A stretch of DNA of 64,000 bases from NCBI GenBank assembly GCA_017632345.1, contig JAGBRL010000100.1, forward strand, positions 4,850-68,849, in the 5' to 3' direction. Source of the DNA: Paludibacteraceae bacterium (lineage in GTDB: Bacteria > Bacteroidota > Bacteroidia > Bacteroidales > Paludibacteraceae). The notes below the pieces were generated by a model, which saw nothing but the letters and a program-made list of their open reading frames with translations, was not told where the DNA came from and ran no database searches. The translations under genes were made by a program, and so were the position numbers. Below, in pieces: positions 45,878 to 54,197 of this stretch (position 1 is the stretch's first letter; each line of letters opens with the position of its first letter).

Positions 45878-46636
45878 TTATTTGAATATTGAGGCATATT
45901 TCTGTTTGCGTTCTCGCCTTTTAGCTCTTTTCTTTCGGTCTTCGTTCTTGTATTTGTGAAACAGTTTCACACATTCGTCAACATCAAAGCCGCGGGCCAT
46001 GGCATAATGTTTTGCAAGCAGGTCAAAGTACTCGTCGTTCCCCTGCAGCCTGCAGAAGTTGTAGCAGCCCATGTCTTGCGTGACTTTGCAGAACTTCATT
46101 CGGTTGATGTCAATGAGCAGGAACTTGTATTCCCCGTCAATCTTTTCGTATAGTATGTTGCCGCCGGAATAGTCGGTGTGCAGCACCTCGCTTTCGTGCA
46201 GAGAGGCGGTGTATCTTGCGAATGTTTCTATCAGGTCGTATCTGCCTTCATTGGACTCGTCGGTGTTGGAAAAAGACCTGAAGTCGCCGCTGTAGTCTGA
46301 ATGTATGCTGACGAAGAACGATCTGCGCAGCAGTCCGCATTTGTATTCCTCTATCACAGCAATCGGCTCGGCCGTGTCGAAGCCTTTCTCTAAAAGCTGC
46401 AAGGCGTATTTGTATGACCTTTTTGCTTTTGACGGACGGAAAAAGCTGTAGGCTATACGGTTTATGAAAATAGGTATCTTGTAAGATTTCACATTTATCT
46501 TAAGACCATTCTTTTCGAAAATTTTAATCTCGTTTCGAAGTTTGTGAATGGATTCGCCCTCCTTCTCAAACGTGTCAGGAAGCGAATTTATGAAGTCAGA
46601 CAAAAAGTCGTACTTCGGATTTATTGTTATTTTCAT
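45878..46636 (-). CDS. Lipopolysaccharide kinase (Kdo/WaaP/InaA) family protein
   Basis: It has a protein-kinase-like catalytic region: VLHTDYSGGNILY .. FLLIDINRMKF. The size (252 aa) fits. Confidence 0.55.
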   Translation of the reverse strand: MKITINPKYDFLSDFINSLPDTFEKEGESIHKLRNEIKIFEKNGLKINVKSYKIPIFINRIAYSFFRPSKAKRSYKYALQLLEKGFDTAEPIAVIEEYKCGLLRRSFFVSIHSDYSGDFRSFSNTDESNEGRYDLIETFARYTASLHESEVLHTDYSGGNILYEKIDGEYKFLLIDINRMKFCKVTQDMGCYNFCRLQGNDEYFDLLAKHYAMARGFDVDECVKLFHKYKNEDRKKRAKRRERKQKYASIFK

Positions 46637-47003
46637 TTCTTTCTTTGTTTGAAATTCGTGCCAAAGTTACTTTTTTTTAGCATACGAATTTAAGAAAACC
46701 GTTCTTTTTTCTCTTTCAACTCATTAAATTTGACATTTGTCAATTTGTAAATTTAAGTCATCGACATAATAAATTTGATTCACAAAAAATCAAAAAAGCC
46801 CCATTTCATCGAATAAAATTGGCTTTTGGTAATTTTTAGAACATTATTTTCTTTAGATTGGGTGCAATGAGAACATAAAAACAAATGTTAATATTTGTTA
46901 AGCGTTATAAAAATGACTTACTTTGTATTGTTGAAAAACAAAAGAGGAAGAAACAAGAATTACAAACTAAAACCTCGTAAGAAAAAAATATTATCTATAT
47001 ATA

Positions 47004-47078
47004 ATGCGTATCGTCTCCCTCAACCTATTTAACGTAATTCTTGTCTTCCCGTTTGCTTCTTTTTTTCAAATAAAATAA
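47004..47078 (+). CDS. Speculative 24-codon hydrophobic mini-ORF (MRIVSLNLFNVILVFPFASFFQIK)
   Basis: ATG 47004 to TAA 47076-47078. The stop overlaps the first nucleotides of a strong terminator hairpin. There is no homology evidence. Confidence 0.15.
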   Translation: MRIVSLNLFNVILVFPFASFFQIK

Positions 47079-47120
47079 ACATTTCCAAGTGCAAACTTGA
47101 AAATGTTTTTTTATTTTTAG
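47077..47120 (+). terminator. Strong intrinsic terminator with no annotated upstream plus-strand gene
   Basis: AAACATTTCCAAGT (47077-47090), loop GCAA, ACTTGAAAATGTTT (47095-47108): 13 of 14 paired. It is followed by TTTTATTTTT. Confidence 0.7.
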
Positions 47121-47194
47121 ACAACACATGATATGGCTTGGCGGAATTCGGCTCGCGATTGTGTCAGTTGCTTTATTTATTATATGTTTTTACT

Positions 47195-47923
47195 ATGGAT
47201 GGTTTTATTAATCAGCAAATCAGAGAGACACTTTTAGAAAAGGCAGAGAGCGATTATAAAAAGTTTTCTGCATCATTGATTCCGGGCGTAAATAATATGT
47301 TAGGCATAAGGCTTCCGTTTTTACGTGATATGGCCAAGGTTTTAGTCAACGGAGACTGGCGCGCGTATTTGAAGGAGGCTGAATGCGACTATTTCGAAGA
47401 GGTTATGCTTCAGGGGATGGTTATTGGTTTTGCGAGCCGTAAGACGATAGAGAAAACGTGCGCTTCGGCTGCAGAGCCTGATTTGAGCGAGACGCTCTCT
47501 ATGGTGGAGCTGTTTGTGCCAAAGATAAGCAATTGGAGCTTGTGCGACAGTTTTTGTGCCGGATTGAAGTTTGTTGAGAGGAACAAGGCTGTTGTGTGGG
47601 ATTTTTTGCAAAAGTATCTGGAGTCGGACAAGGAGTTTGAACTGAGGTTTGGTGTGGTGCTTCTGCTGGACTATTATATAGACAGTGACTATATAGACCG
47701 TGTTCTTGACGTTTTGGGCAATGTCAGGCACGACGGCAGATATGTGAAGATGGCTGTGGCGTGGGCGTTTTCCGTGTGTGTTGTGAAGCAGAGAGAGAAG
47801 ACTCTGAAGTTTCTGCAGGAGAGGCGTATAGATAAGGAGACGCTGCAGATGACGAAGCAGAAGGTGTCTGACTCGTTCCGGGTTTCGGAAGCCGACAAGG
47901 CCATTGTGAGAGGTCTGGCTTGA
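47195..47923 (+). CDS. DNA alkylation repair protein (AlkD-like HEAT-repeat family)
   Basis: MDGFINQQIRETLLEKAESDYKKFSASLIPGVNNMLGIRLPFLRDMAK.. resembles the AlkD/DNA_alkylation family N-terminus. I chose ATG 47195. Confidence 0.6.
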   Translation: MDGFINQQIRETLLEKAESDYKKFSASLIPGVNNMLGIRLPFLRDMAKVLVNGDWRAYLKEAECDYFEEVMLQGMVIGFASRKTIEKTCASAAEPDLSETLSMVELFVPKISNWSLCDSFCAGLKFVERNKAVVWDFLQKYLESDKEFELRFGVVLLLDYYIDSDYIDRVLDVLGNVRHDGRYVKMAVAWAFSVCVVKQREKTLKFLQERRIDKETLQMTKQKVSDSFRVSEADKAIVRGLA

Positions 47924-47969
47924 TTTATAGCCGCAGAGAAGTTGCGTGCGGCATCTCTGCGGCATCTTT

Positions 47970-49601
47970 TTATCTCAGAAGTGTTACATGCCCTGTATAT
48001 ATTTTGTCAAACCCTTCGATGTCTATTATATACCAATAGTCGGATGACGGGAGCGGATTGCCGTTAAAGTCATTGCCGTCCCACCCGTTAGCGTTGTTGT
48101 ATTCCTCTATAATTCTGACAATCTTGCCGGAGCGGTCGTATAAGCTGACCGTAGGAGCCGGCACTTTGTCTATGTTTGTGATAAACCACGTGTCGTTAGA
48201 GCCATCGTTGTTAGGAGTCAAGAATATAGACGGAATAAGCTCATGGTATTCTGGAGTCAGAATCAAGGAGACCGTGCTGTCGCAGCCATTTTCGGCAGTT
48301 AGCTTAAAAGTGTAAGTGCCGGGTGTTTTTATCGTGGTGTCTTCGAACGTGAAAAATGAATCGACCGGTATTTTTTCGTGAACCTTGATGTTTGGAGATG
48401 ATAGCACAACAACATCGGTCTCGCCAGCCTTCACCTTTTGGTTGTTTACGTTCAAGTAGCAGGTGTAAGTTCCTGAATTTTGCGGCTTGGCGTTATTCAC
48501 GGTTGGATTTACAGATTTAGAGGAGAAGCCGGCAGGCCCTTCCCATACTAACGAGGAAATTTTTTCCGGCAGGTTTTCCGTAGTGATACGGACAGCCTCA
48601 CCTTCGCAGTACGGTCCTGTGTTGGACACCCTTATTTCGTTGTTTACAATGAGGTTAAGTCTTACGGTACTGTCGCAGCCTGAGCTTGCAGCAAGAGTAT
48701 CAAAGTAAACGCCCTGGGTGTATAGTCTTTGGCTTCCAAATTTGAAAGATTCTCCAAGATTGATTGTAACGGTCGTGTCCGTGTGCTTCTTTTGCTTCAC
48801 CTCTACGTCAACTGCAATCAAAGGTGACGTGTTGCCGTCATGCTCAACTTGTAAATAATAAGTGCCTGCGTTAGACAATTTTGCATTTGGGATTAGCGGC
48901 TCTTTTAGGTTAGACTGGAAGCCATCAGGGCCGGTCCAGTGATATTTAGACCCTTTAAGAGTTGTTCCTACAAAAAAACGTATGGCTTCGCCTTCGCAAA
49001 AAGGAGAAGGAGAAGATGCGTCAACAATAATGTCGCAATTTGTAGTTGCGCTGCCGCTCGATTTAACGAATCTGATGTCTCCGCTTATCAAGGTATAATT
49101 TGTTATTACAACAAGATACCATTCATCTCTTTTAGCATTTGAGATTTGGCAATATTCGACAGGTTGGGAGTAGTCGTAACTGCAGTCAACCATGTTTTCT
49201 CTCGGGTATTTTTTTGTGTTTCCCGGGTCGTGCAACAAATCCGGATTCTCTTTTATCTGCTTGAGGACATCAATTTTAGTCTTGCCTTTGAAAGGCCCCC
49301 AGCAGGCGAAGTCCACATCATGACCTGACGAATGGCTTATTTCAAGTTCAAGGTCGCCGTCCTCTTCAATTTTCATTATGAACCACGCAGGGGATAGGGC
49401 ATCAGACAGGCAGCCCACAGGCTCCATTTTCCCCTTTGTTTCTGCTTTATATGTTATGCCATTTTTATCCTCATTTACACAAAATGAAGTAACATCATTG
49501 TAAATATCTTCGATAGGGCATTTAGTGAAAGCTGCTGTCTCTTGAGATGCAGACAGAAATGCCAGAATCGCAAATGCGAACGTGCACATTTTAAAAAGCA
49601 T
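47970..49601 (-). CDS. T9SS type-B sorting domain protein with Ig-like repeats
   Basis: The C-terminus FLTPNNDGSNDTWFI..YDRSGKIV..WDGNDFNGNPLPSSDYWYIIDI is the gliding-motility CHU_C/type-B CTD. Repeated PFCEGEAIRF / PYCEGEAVRI Ig-like modules are present. Signal peptide begins at ATG 49601. Confidence 0.8.
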   Translation of the reverse strand: MLFKMCTFAFAILAFLSASQETAAFTKCPIEDIYNDVTSFCVNEDKNGITYKAETKGKMEPVGCLSDALSPAWFIMKIEEDGDLELEISHSSGHDVDFACWGPFKGKTKIDVLKQIKENPDLLHDPGNTKKYPRENMVDCSYDYSQPVEYCQISNAKRDEWYLVVITNYTLISGDIRFVKSSGSATTNCDIIVDASSPSPFCEGEAIRFFVGTTLKGSKYHWTGPDGFQSNLKEPLIPNAKLSNAGTYYLQVEHDGNTSPLIAVDVEVKQKKHTDTTVTINLGESFKFGSQRLYTQGVYFDTLAASSGCDSTVRLNLIVNNEIRVSNTGPYCEGEAVRITTENLPEKISSLVWEGPAGFSSKSVNPTVNNAKPQNSGTYTCYLNVNNQKVKAGETDVVVLSSPNIKVHEKIPVDSFFTFEDTTIKTPGTYTFKLTAENGCDSTVSLILTPEYHELIPSIFLTPNNDGSNDTWFITNIDKVPAPTVSLYDRSGKIVRIIEEYNNANGWDGNDFNGNPLPSSDYWYIIDIEGFDKIYTGHVTLLR

Positions 49602-49882
49602 AAGCAATAGTTTTTCAGTGAAACATAACAAAGAAACTTCAATCAACCTAAAAAAATAGGAGTGTTCTCTTACCTTCTCGAAACATCATACATAGATAGC
49701 ACCAACAAAACTGTCCTTCTTATTGCAGACAGCTCCCCTAAAATCTAACAAGTCAACTCCTAAGCATCAATATCCATGGTTCCTTTACAGCCGCAAGGTA
49801 ATTATATTTAAAACCGCGGCAAAAAAATAAGCTATGTTTGATAGCATAAAAAAAGAGGAACTTTGACATTCCTCTTCTCTTG

Positions 49883-49956
49883 CGGTATGGACGGGACTCG
49901 AACCCGCGACCCCATGCGTGACAGGCATGTATTCTAACCAGCTGAACTACCACACC
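49883..49956 (-). tRNA. tRNA-Asp (anticodon GTC)
   Basis: The minus strand reads GGTGTGGTAGTTCAGCTGGTTAGAATACATGCCTGTCACGCATGGGGTCGCGGGTTCGAGTCCCGTCCATACCG, which forms a cloverleaf with anticodon loop CTGTCAC. Confidence 0.92.
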
Positions 49957-50113
49957 TCCTTTTTAACTATCAGGCTTTATTTCCCGATTGCGTTGCAAAG
50001 GTACGCATTATTTTCAAATCTGCAAATATTTTGGCAAATATTTTTCAGATAAAATAACCGGTTTATTTGATAAATCTTTTTAAGATATTGATTATTAGTT
50101 TAATAAGTAAGAT

Positions 50114-52780
50114 TTATCTGCCGAAAAATTTTATCATATTTTTCAAATTTTCTGCAAAAATGTTGTTGCCTATCAGTTTTTCAAGCGTGATATGCATTCT
50201 GTATCTCCAATAATTATCCGGATTTCCTGGGTCATTTATGCGTTCGCTGGCGGTTTCTTCCCATCTTAGGTCGCCGTCTATTGCCATCCAGTCTTGCAAA
50301 GGCAATATAACCCACAGCGCTTTAGAGGCAAGATGACGCTCTGCAATTTGACGGCAAATCCATGGTTCGCAGAAGAAAGGCGCGGCGCCGTATTCGTTGA
50401 GCATGTTATTGAAGAACCTTTGGGTCTGTTCAACGTCTTCTTCCCACCATGCGCGTGTAGTGCTCATGTCATGGGTTGATGTTGTGCATACAGACATTCT
50501 TGGCACATCAGCAAGGTTGCCAAATTCGGCAAACTGCACTTTAGGCATTCTTTGGATTTCAAGGCTTAATATCTCAAGCTCTTCCATGACAGGGTGCACG
50601 CAATTTGGCACCATGCCCAAGTCTTCGCCGCATACGAGCATGTTTGTGGCAGAAACCAGAGGCGGGAGCTTTTTCATTGCCTCCTCGCGCCAGAACTCTT
50701 CGTTGCGCTGATAGAAGAAGTTGTCATAAATCTGGTTCATCTTGCATTTGTCTTCCTCGCTCAGGCTCTTGAACGCATAACTTTGCTGAACAGAAATGCG
50801 AGGGTGGTATTTCCCATCTTCTTTATAGTCTTCGACAAAAAGAACTTGGCAAGCGGCGGTGCTTAGCCCTTTTCTTATTAAGGAGCTTTTTTCATCGTCG
50901 CCCTTTATTGTTTCTTCTATCTTTCGTTGAGTGTCAACAGCGGCTTTCAAAGTGTACAGAGAGCCTTTTTTGTTGAAATATTTTTTTTGAGCCTCTTCTT
51001 TAAATTCGCCGAAGATGGAAGAAAGGGTCTCGTCGCTCAGATGAGGAACTGTCATTTTCTTTGCATCGAATTTCAGCCCGAAGCTTTCGATCTCTTTGAC
51101 GGACATAGGCAGCGCAGGCGCAAATTGACCGAGCAGTCCCCAAGTGCAAGAGGTCGGTATTCTGAATATTCTAAAGAATCCCAGAATATGGTCAATTCTG
51201 TAGGCGTCAAAATATTCCGCCATTTTTTTCAGACGTTTTGTCCACCATGAGTAGTCGTCCTGAGCCATCTTTTCCCAATTGTAAATAGGGAATCCCCAGT
51301 TTTGACCGTAAGCGGAGAAGTAGTCAGGCGGCGCGCCCGCTTGTCCGTTGCAGTCGAACAGTGACGGGTTGGACCAAACATCTACGCTGCATCTGTTCAC
51401 GCCGATAGGTATGTCTCCCTTGAGAGCCACGCCTCGTTCGTGAGCGTATTCGCAGACCGATTTCAGCTGTTTGTCAAGATGGTACTGCACAAATTGATAA
51501 ATGGCAACTTTCTGATACTCAGGATTCTTAGGGTTGCAATATTCAGCCACTCTTTTTTCGCTATATTTAGCGTCGTCGCCCCAGTCGTCGAAATTGGCCG
51601 TGCCGAACTTATCTCTTAAATAAGAGAAAACGGCGTATGCGTCGAGCCACTCTTTATTGTTATCGTGGAAAGTCTTGAAGTCAAGGCTGTTCAGTGTTTT
51701 CCCTTTATCCTTGGCAAATATGCTTCGTATTATCTCCCACTTGTGATTGTTCACAGCTTCGTAATCGACAAATTTTTGTGCGTTCAGCTCTTTCCTTAAT
51801 GCGCAGAACTTCTTTTTGTCTGGTATCTCTCCTATCTGTTCCAAGTCCAGATACATTGGATGCAGCGCGAACACCGAGATGCCGCTGTATGGATAAGAGT
51901 CTTTCCAAGACTTGAAGTTCGTAGTGTCGTTTATAGGTAGTGTCTGAATAATTTTTTGTCCGCTCATCACAGCCCAGTCCACGAGCAGTTTTATGTCTTC
52001 GAACTCGCCCACGCCAAAGCCTCTTTCCGAGCGCAGCGAGAATACCGGAACAGAGACACCCGCGCCCTTGAAGTCCGGTATAGAGAAGTCCGGAGTTCCG
52101 TCGTTCACTATGATAAAGTCTGCAGACTTGCTGTTTTGCGGCGCGATTACGCATCTGTTGTTCCCTTTTTCCCAGAAAGATATTTCGTTGCTCTTCTCGT
52201 CAATAAGCACATATTTATATTCTAGAGGGAAGAACATTTTGTTTGCGTCAAATACGGTGCTGAACTCGCCAAATTTCCAGCACTGCATATTCACCATATT
52301 TTCGTCAGTCCATCTGCCAAGCAGTCCGTCGTTACCGCTGATTACAAGTTTCTGCTCAGCCGGTATGTTAGGGGCGAACACGTTGAAGATGATAGGCACT
52401 TTTATCTTGTCCAGACATATTTCTGACTGCGGGTGGTTCATTATGCTTTCAGAGAAAGGCTTGGACATCATTGAGCGAGACGGCAACGGAGCCGGGTCGA
52501 ATCTGTCGTGCACATGAATGTTTTTGTATTTTAGTCCTGGCAGATAGAAGGCGCGCCTCAGGTCTGGCTCTTTGCTTATGACGGAGTCTCCGCTTTTTAT
52601 TATGTAAGAGTAGCGAAATTCGCGTTCTGATGTGTTCACAGAGAATGTCCATCCGCCGTTCTCATATTTCAGAGGAGTGGCATTTTCGCATGTGCTTCCG
52701 AGAGACGGAATATTGCCTATGACGAAGAGGTTCTCGCCCGGAACGGTGTCGCATTTAAGAGTAAAAGAGATTAACGCCAT
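50114..52780 (-). CDS. malQ: 4-alpha-glucanotransferase (GH77) with N-terminal starch-binding-like domains
   Basis: RIDHILGFFRIFRIP and LVCGEDLGMVP catalytic motifs. The 888-aa long form is typical of Bacteroidetes. Confidence 0.88.
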   Translation of the reverse strand: MALISFTLKCDTVPGENLFVIGNIPSLGSTCENATPLKYENGGWTFSVNTSEREFRYSYIIKSGDSVISKEPDLRRAFYLPGLKYKNIHVHDRFDPAPLPSRSMMSKPFSESIMNHPQSEICLDKIKVPIIFNVFAPNIPAEQKLVISGNDGLLGRWTDENMVNMQCWKFGEFSTVFDANKMFFPLEYKYVLIDEKSNEISFWEKGNNRCVIAPQNSKSADFIIVNDGTPDFSIPDFKGAGVSVPVFSLRSERGFGVGEFEDIKLLVDWAVMSGQKIIQTLPINDTTNFKSWKDSYPYSGISVFALHPMYLDLEQIGEIPDKKKFCALRKELNAQKFVDYEAVNNHKWEIIRSIFAKDKGKTLNSLDFKTFHDNNKEWLDAYAVFSYLRDKFGTANFDDWGDDAKYSEKRVAEYCNPKNPEYQKVAIYQFVQYHLDKQLKSVCEYAHERGVALKGDIPIGVNRCSVDVWSNPSLFDCNGQAGAPPDYFSAYGQNWGFPIYNWEKMAQDDYSWWTKRLKKMAEYFDAYRIDHILGFFRIFRIPTSCTWGLLGQFAPALPMSVKEIESFGLKFDAKKMTVPHLSDETLSSIFGEFKEEAQKKYFNKKGSLYTLKAAVDTQRKIEETIKGDDEKSSLIRKGLSTAACQVLFVEDYKEDGKYHPRISVQQSYAFKSLSEEDKCKMNQIYDNFFYQRNEEFWREEAMKKLPPLVSATNMLVCGEDLGMVPNCVHPVMEELEILSLEIQRMPKVQFAEFGNLADVPRMSVCTTSTHDMSTTRAWWEEDVEQTQRFFNNMLNEYGAAPFFCEPWICRQIAERHLASKALWVILPLQDWMAIDGDLRWEETASERINDPGNPDNYWRYRMHITLEKLIGNNIFAENLKNMIKFFGR

Positions 52781-52924
52781 AATATTAGATTTTAAGTGTG
52801 ATAACTGACATTTCCCAAATTTAATAAATTAGTTTTTCAAAAGAAAATATTTTGACGAATTTGTGTCTGTTTCTTTGCGATAGATGTTGGAGAGCATGTT
52901 TTGAAGAGCAGATAAGGGTGTGGT

Positions 52925-52957
52925 GCAAAAAAGGCGCCCCGTGCATGAGGCGCCTCA
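52925..52957 (-). terminator. Intrinsic terminator after the bamA-skp-skp operon
   Basis: The minus strand reads GAGGCGCC tcatgcacg GGGCGCCTT followed by TTTTTG. Confidence 0.7.
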
Positions 52958-52978
52958 AATGGTTATGGAATAAAAAGA

Positions 52979-53485
52979 TTATTTAACACCCATTTTTTTC
53001 TTTACAAGAGCTGTGATGTCGATAGCCGAGTCTGACTTGTAAAGCATAGTGTTTGTGTCGAACACATAAAGGAATCCGTTTTCAACGCACACGTCGCTGA
53101 TAGCTTTCTTTATCTTCTCTCTGATAGGGGCCTGAAGTTCCTCCTGTTTCTGCTGAAGCTGAAGCTGAGCAGTCTGATAGTAGTTCTGCATCTTCACCTG
53201 AAGCGTCTGAAGTTCCTCCATGCGGTTCTTCTTGATTGTTTCGTCCCATGTAGCCTCTCCCTGTTTGAATTCTGTAAGTTTACGAGTGTACTCTTCTTCC
53301 ATTCTCTTAACTTCACCTTCTAACTGTGCTCCGAGAGCCTTGAGAGATGTTTCAATTTCCGCTGTTTCCGGAAGCGACATAAACAAAGCCTGGACATCCA
53401 TGTGTCCCAATTTAATCTGTGTGTTCTGCGCAGAAGCCACAAAAGGCATCGCGCACAAAACTGCAATAGCAATTTTCTTAAACAT
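52979..53485 (-). CDS. OmpH/Skp family periplasmic chaperone
   Basis: Signal peptide plus a long coiled-coil region rich in Q/E/K. It lies downstream of bamA. Confidence 0.85.
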   Translation of the reverse strand: MFKKIAIAVLCAMPFVASAQNTQIKLGHMDVQALFMSLPETAEIETSLKALGAQLEGEVKRMEEEYTRKLTEFKQGEATWDETIKKNRMEELQTLQVKMQNYYQTAQLQLQQKQEELQAPIREKIKKAISDVCVENGFLYVFDTNTMLYKSDSAIDITALVKKKMGVK

Positions 53486-53523
53486 AATTATAAATTTTTA
53501 TTTTAGTTATATTCGTTTTATGA

Positions 53524-54039
53524 TTATTTGCTGTAACCTAATTTAGTCAAAACCTCGTCGCTTATATCTATTTTAGATGAGTAATAGATAATGTTCACTG
53601 CAGACGCCTTGTCAAGGATAAGCTGGTATCCTTTTGATTCAGACACGTCTTTGATAGCGACGTAAATCTCGTCCTGAATAGGTTTCATCAAGCTTTCTCT
53701 CTTTTTGATGAGTTCGCCTTGCGGACCGAAATATTTGCGCTTAAGTTCGTTAGCCTCTTTCTCTTTAGCGACAATTTCGTTCTCCTTCTTCACCTTCATC
53801 TCGTCTGACAAAAAGACAAGTTCTGTCTGATAGTTTTTATAAAGGACCTTAGCTTCCTCGTTTTTGGCTTCGACCTCTTTCTGCCATTTCTGAGAGATTT
53901 GCTTCAGCTGCTCGTTAGCAGACTCGTAGTTAGGAATATTCTTCAAGATATAATCCATATCGACAACTGCAAACTTTTGTGCAGAAGCCGCGCCGACGCT
54001 CAGTATCATTGTCAACGCAATAAATAAAATCTTCTTCAT
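53524..54039 (-). CDS. OmpH/Skp family periplasmic chaperone (second paralog)
   Basis: Signal peptide MKKILFIALTMILSVGAASAQKFAVVDMDYIL, an OmpH-like coiled coil. Confidence 0.85.
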   Translation of the reverse strand: MKKILFIALTMILSVGAASAQKFAVVDMDYILKNIPNYESANEQLKQISQKWQKEVEAKNEEAKVLYKNYQTELVFLSDEMKVKKENEIVAKEKEANELKRKYFGPQGELIKKRESLMKPIQDEIYVAIKDVSESKGYQLILDKASAVNIIYYSSKIDISDEVLTKLGYSK

Positions 54040-54197
54040 AACTGTATCTTAATTAAAAAATAATTACAAAAACTTGAGGTTTCCCTCTGATTTGAATACA
54101 ACAAAAATAAGACCAAACTTCCTTTTTTTTGTAAAAAAGATGCTAAAAAATCTTCCAAAAAGCGCAAAAAGTGCTTATTGTGGTCATATTCAGCAGA

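Noticed and set aside
46645-46667. TGGCAC-GAATT-TCAA upstream of the LPS-kinase-family gene as a sigma-54 promoter
   Set aside because: The -12 element is missing (TCAA). The predicted start would fall within a few nt of ATG 46636. A normal TAACTTTG -7 box is present at the same place on the minus strand.
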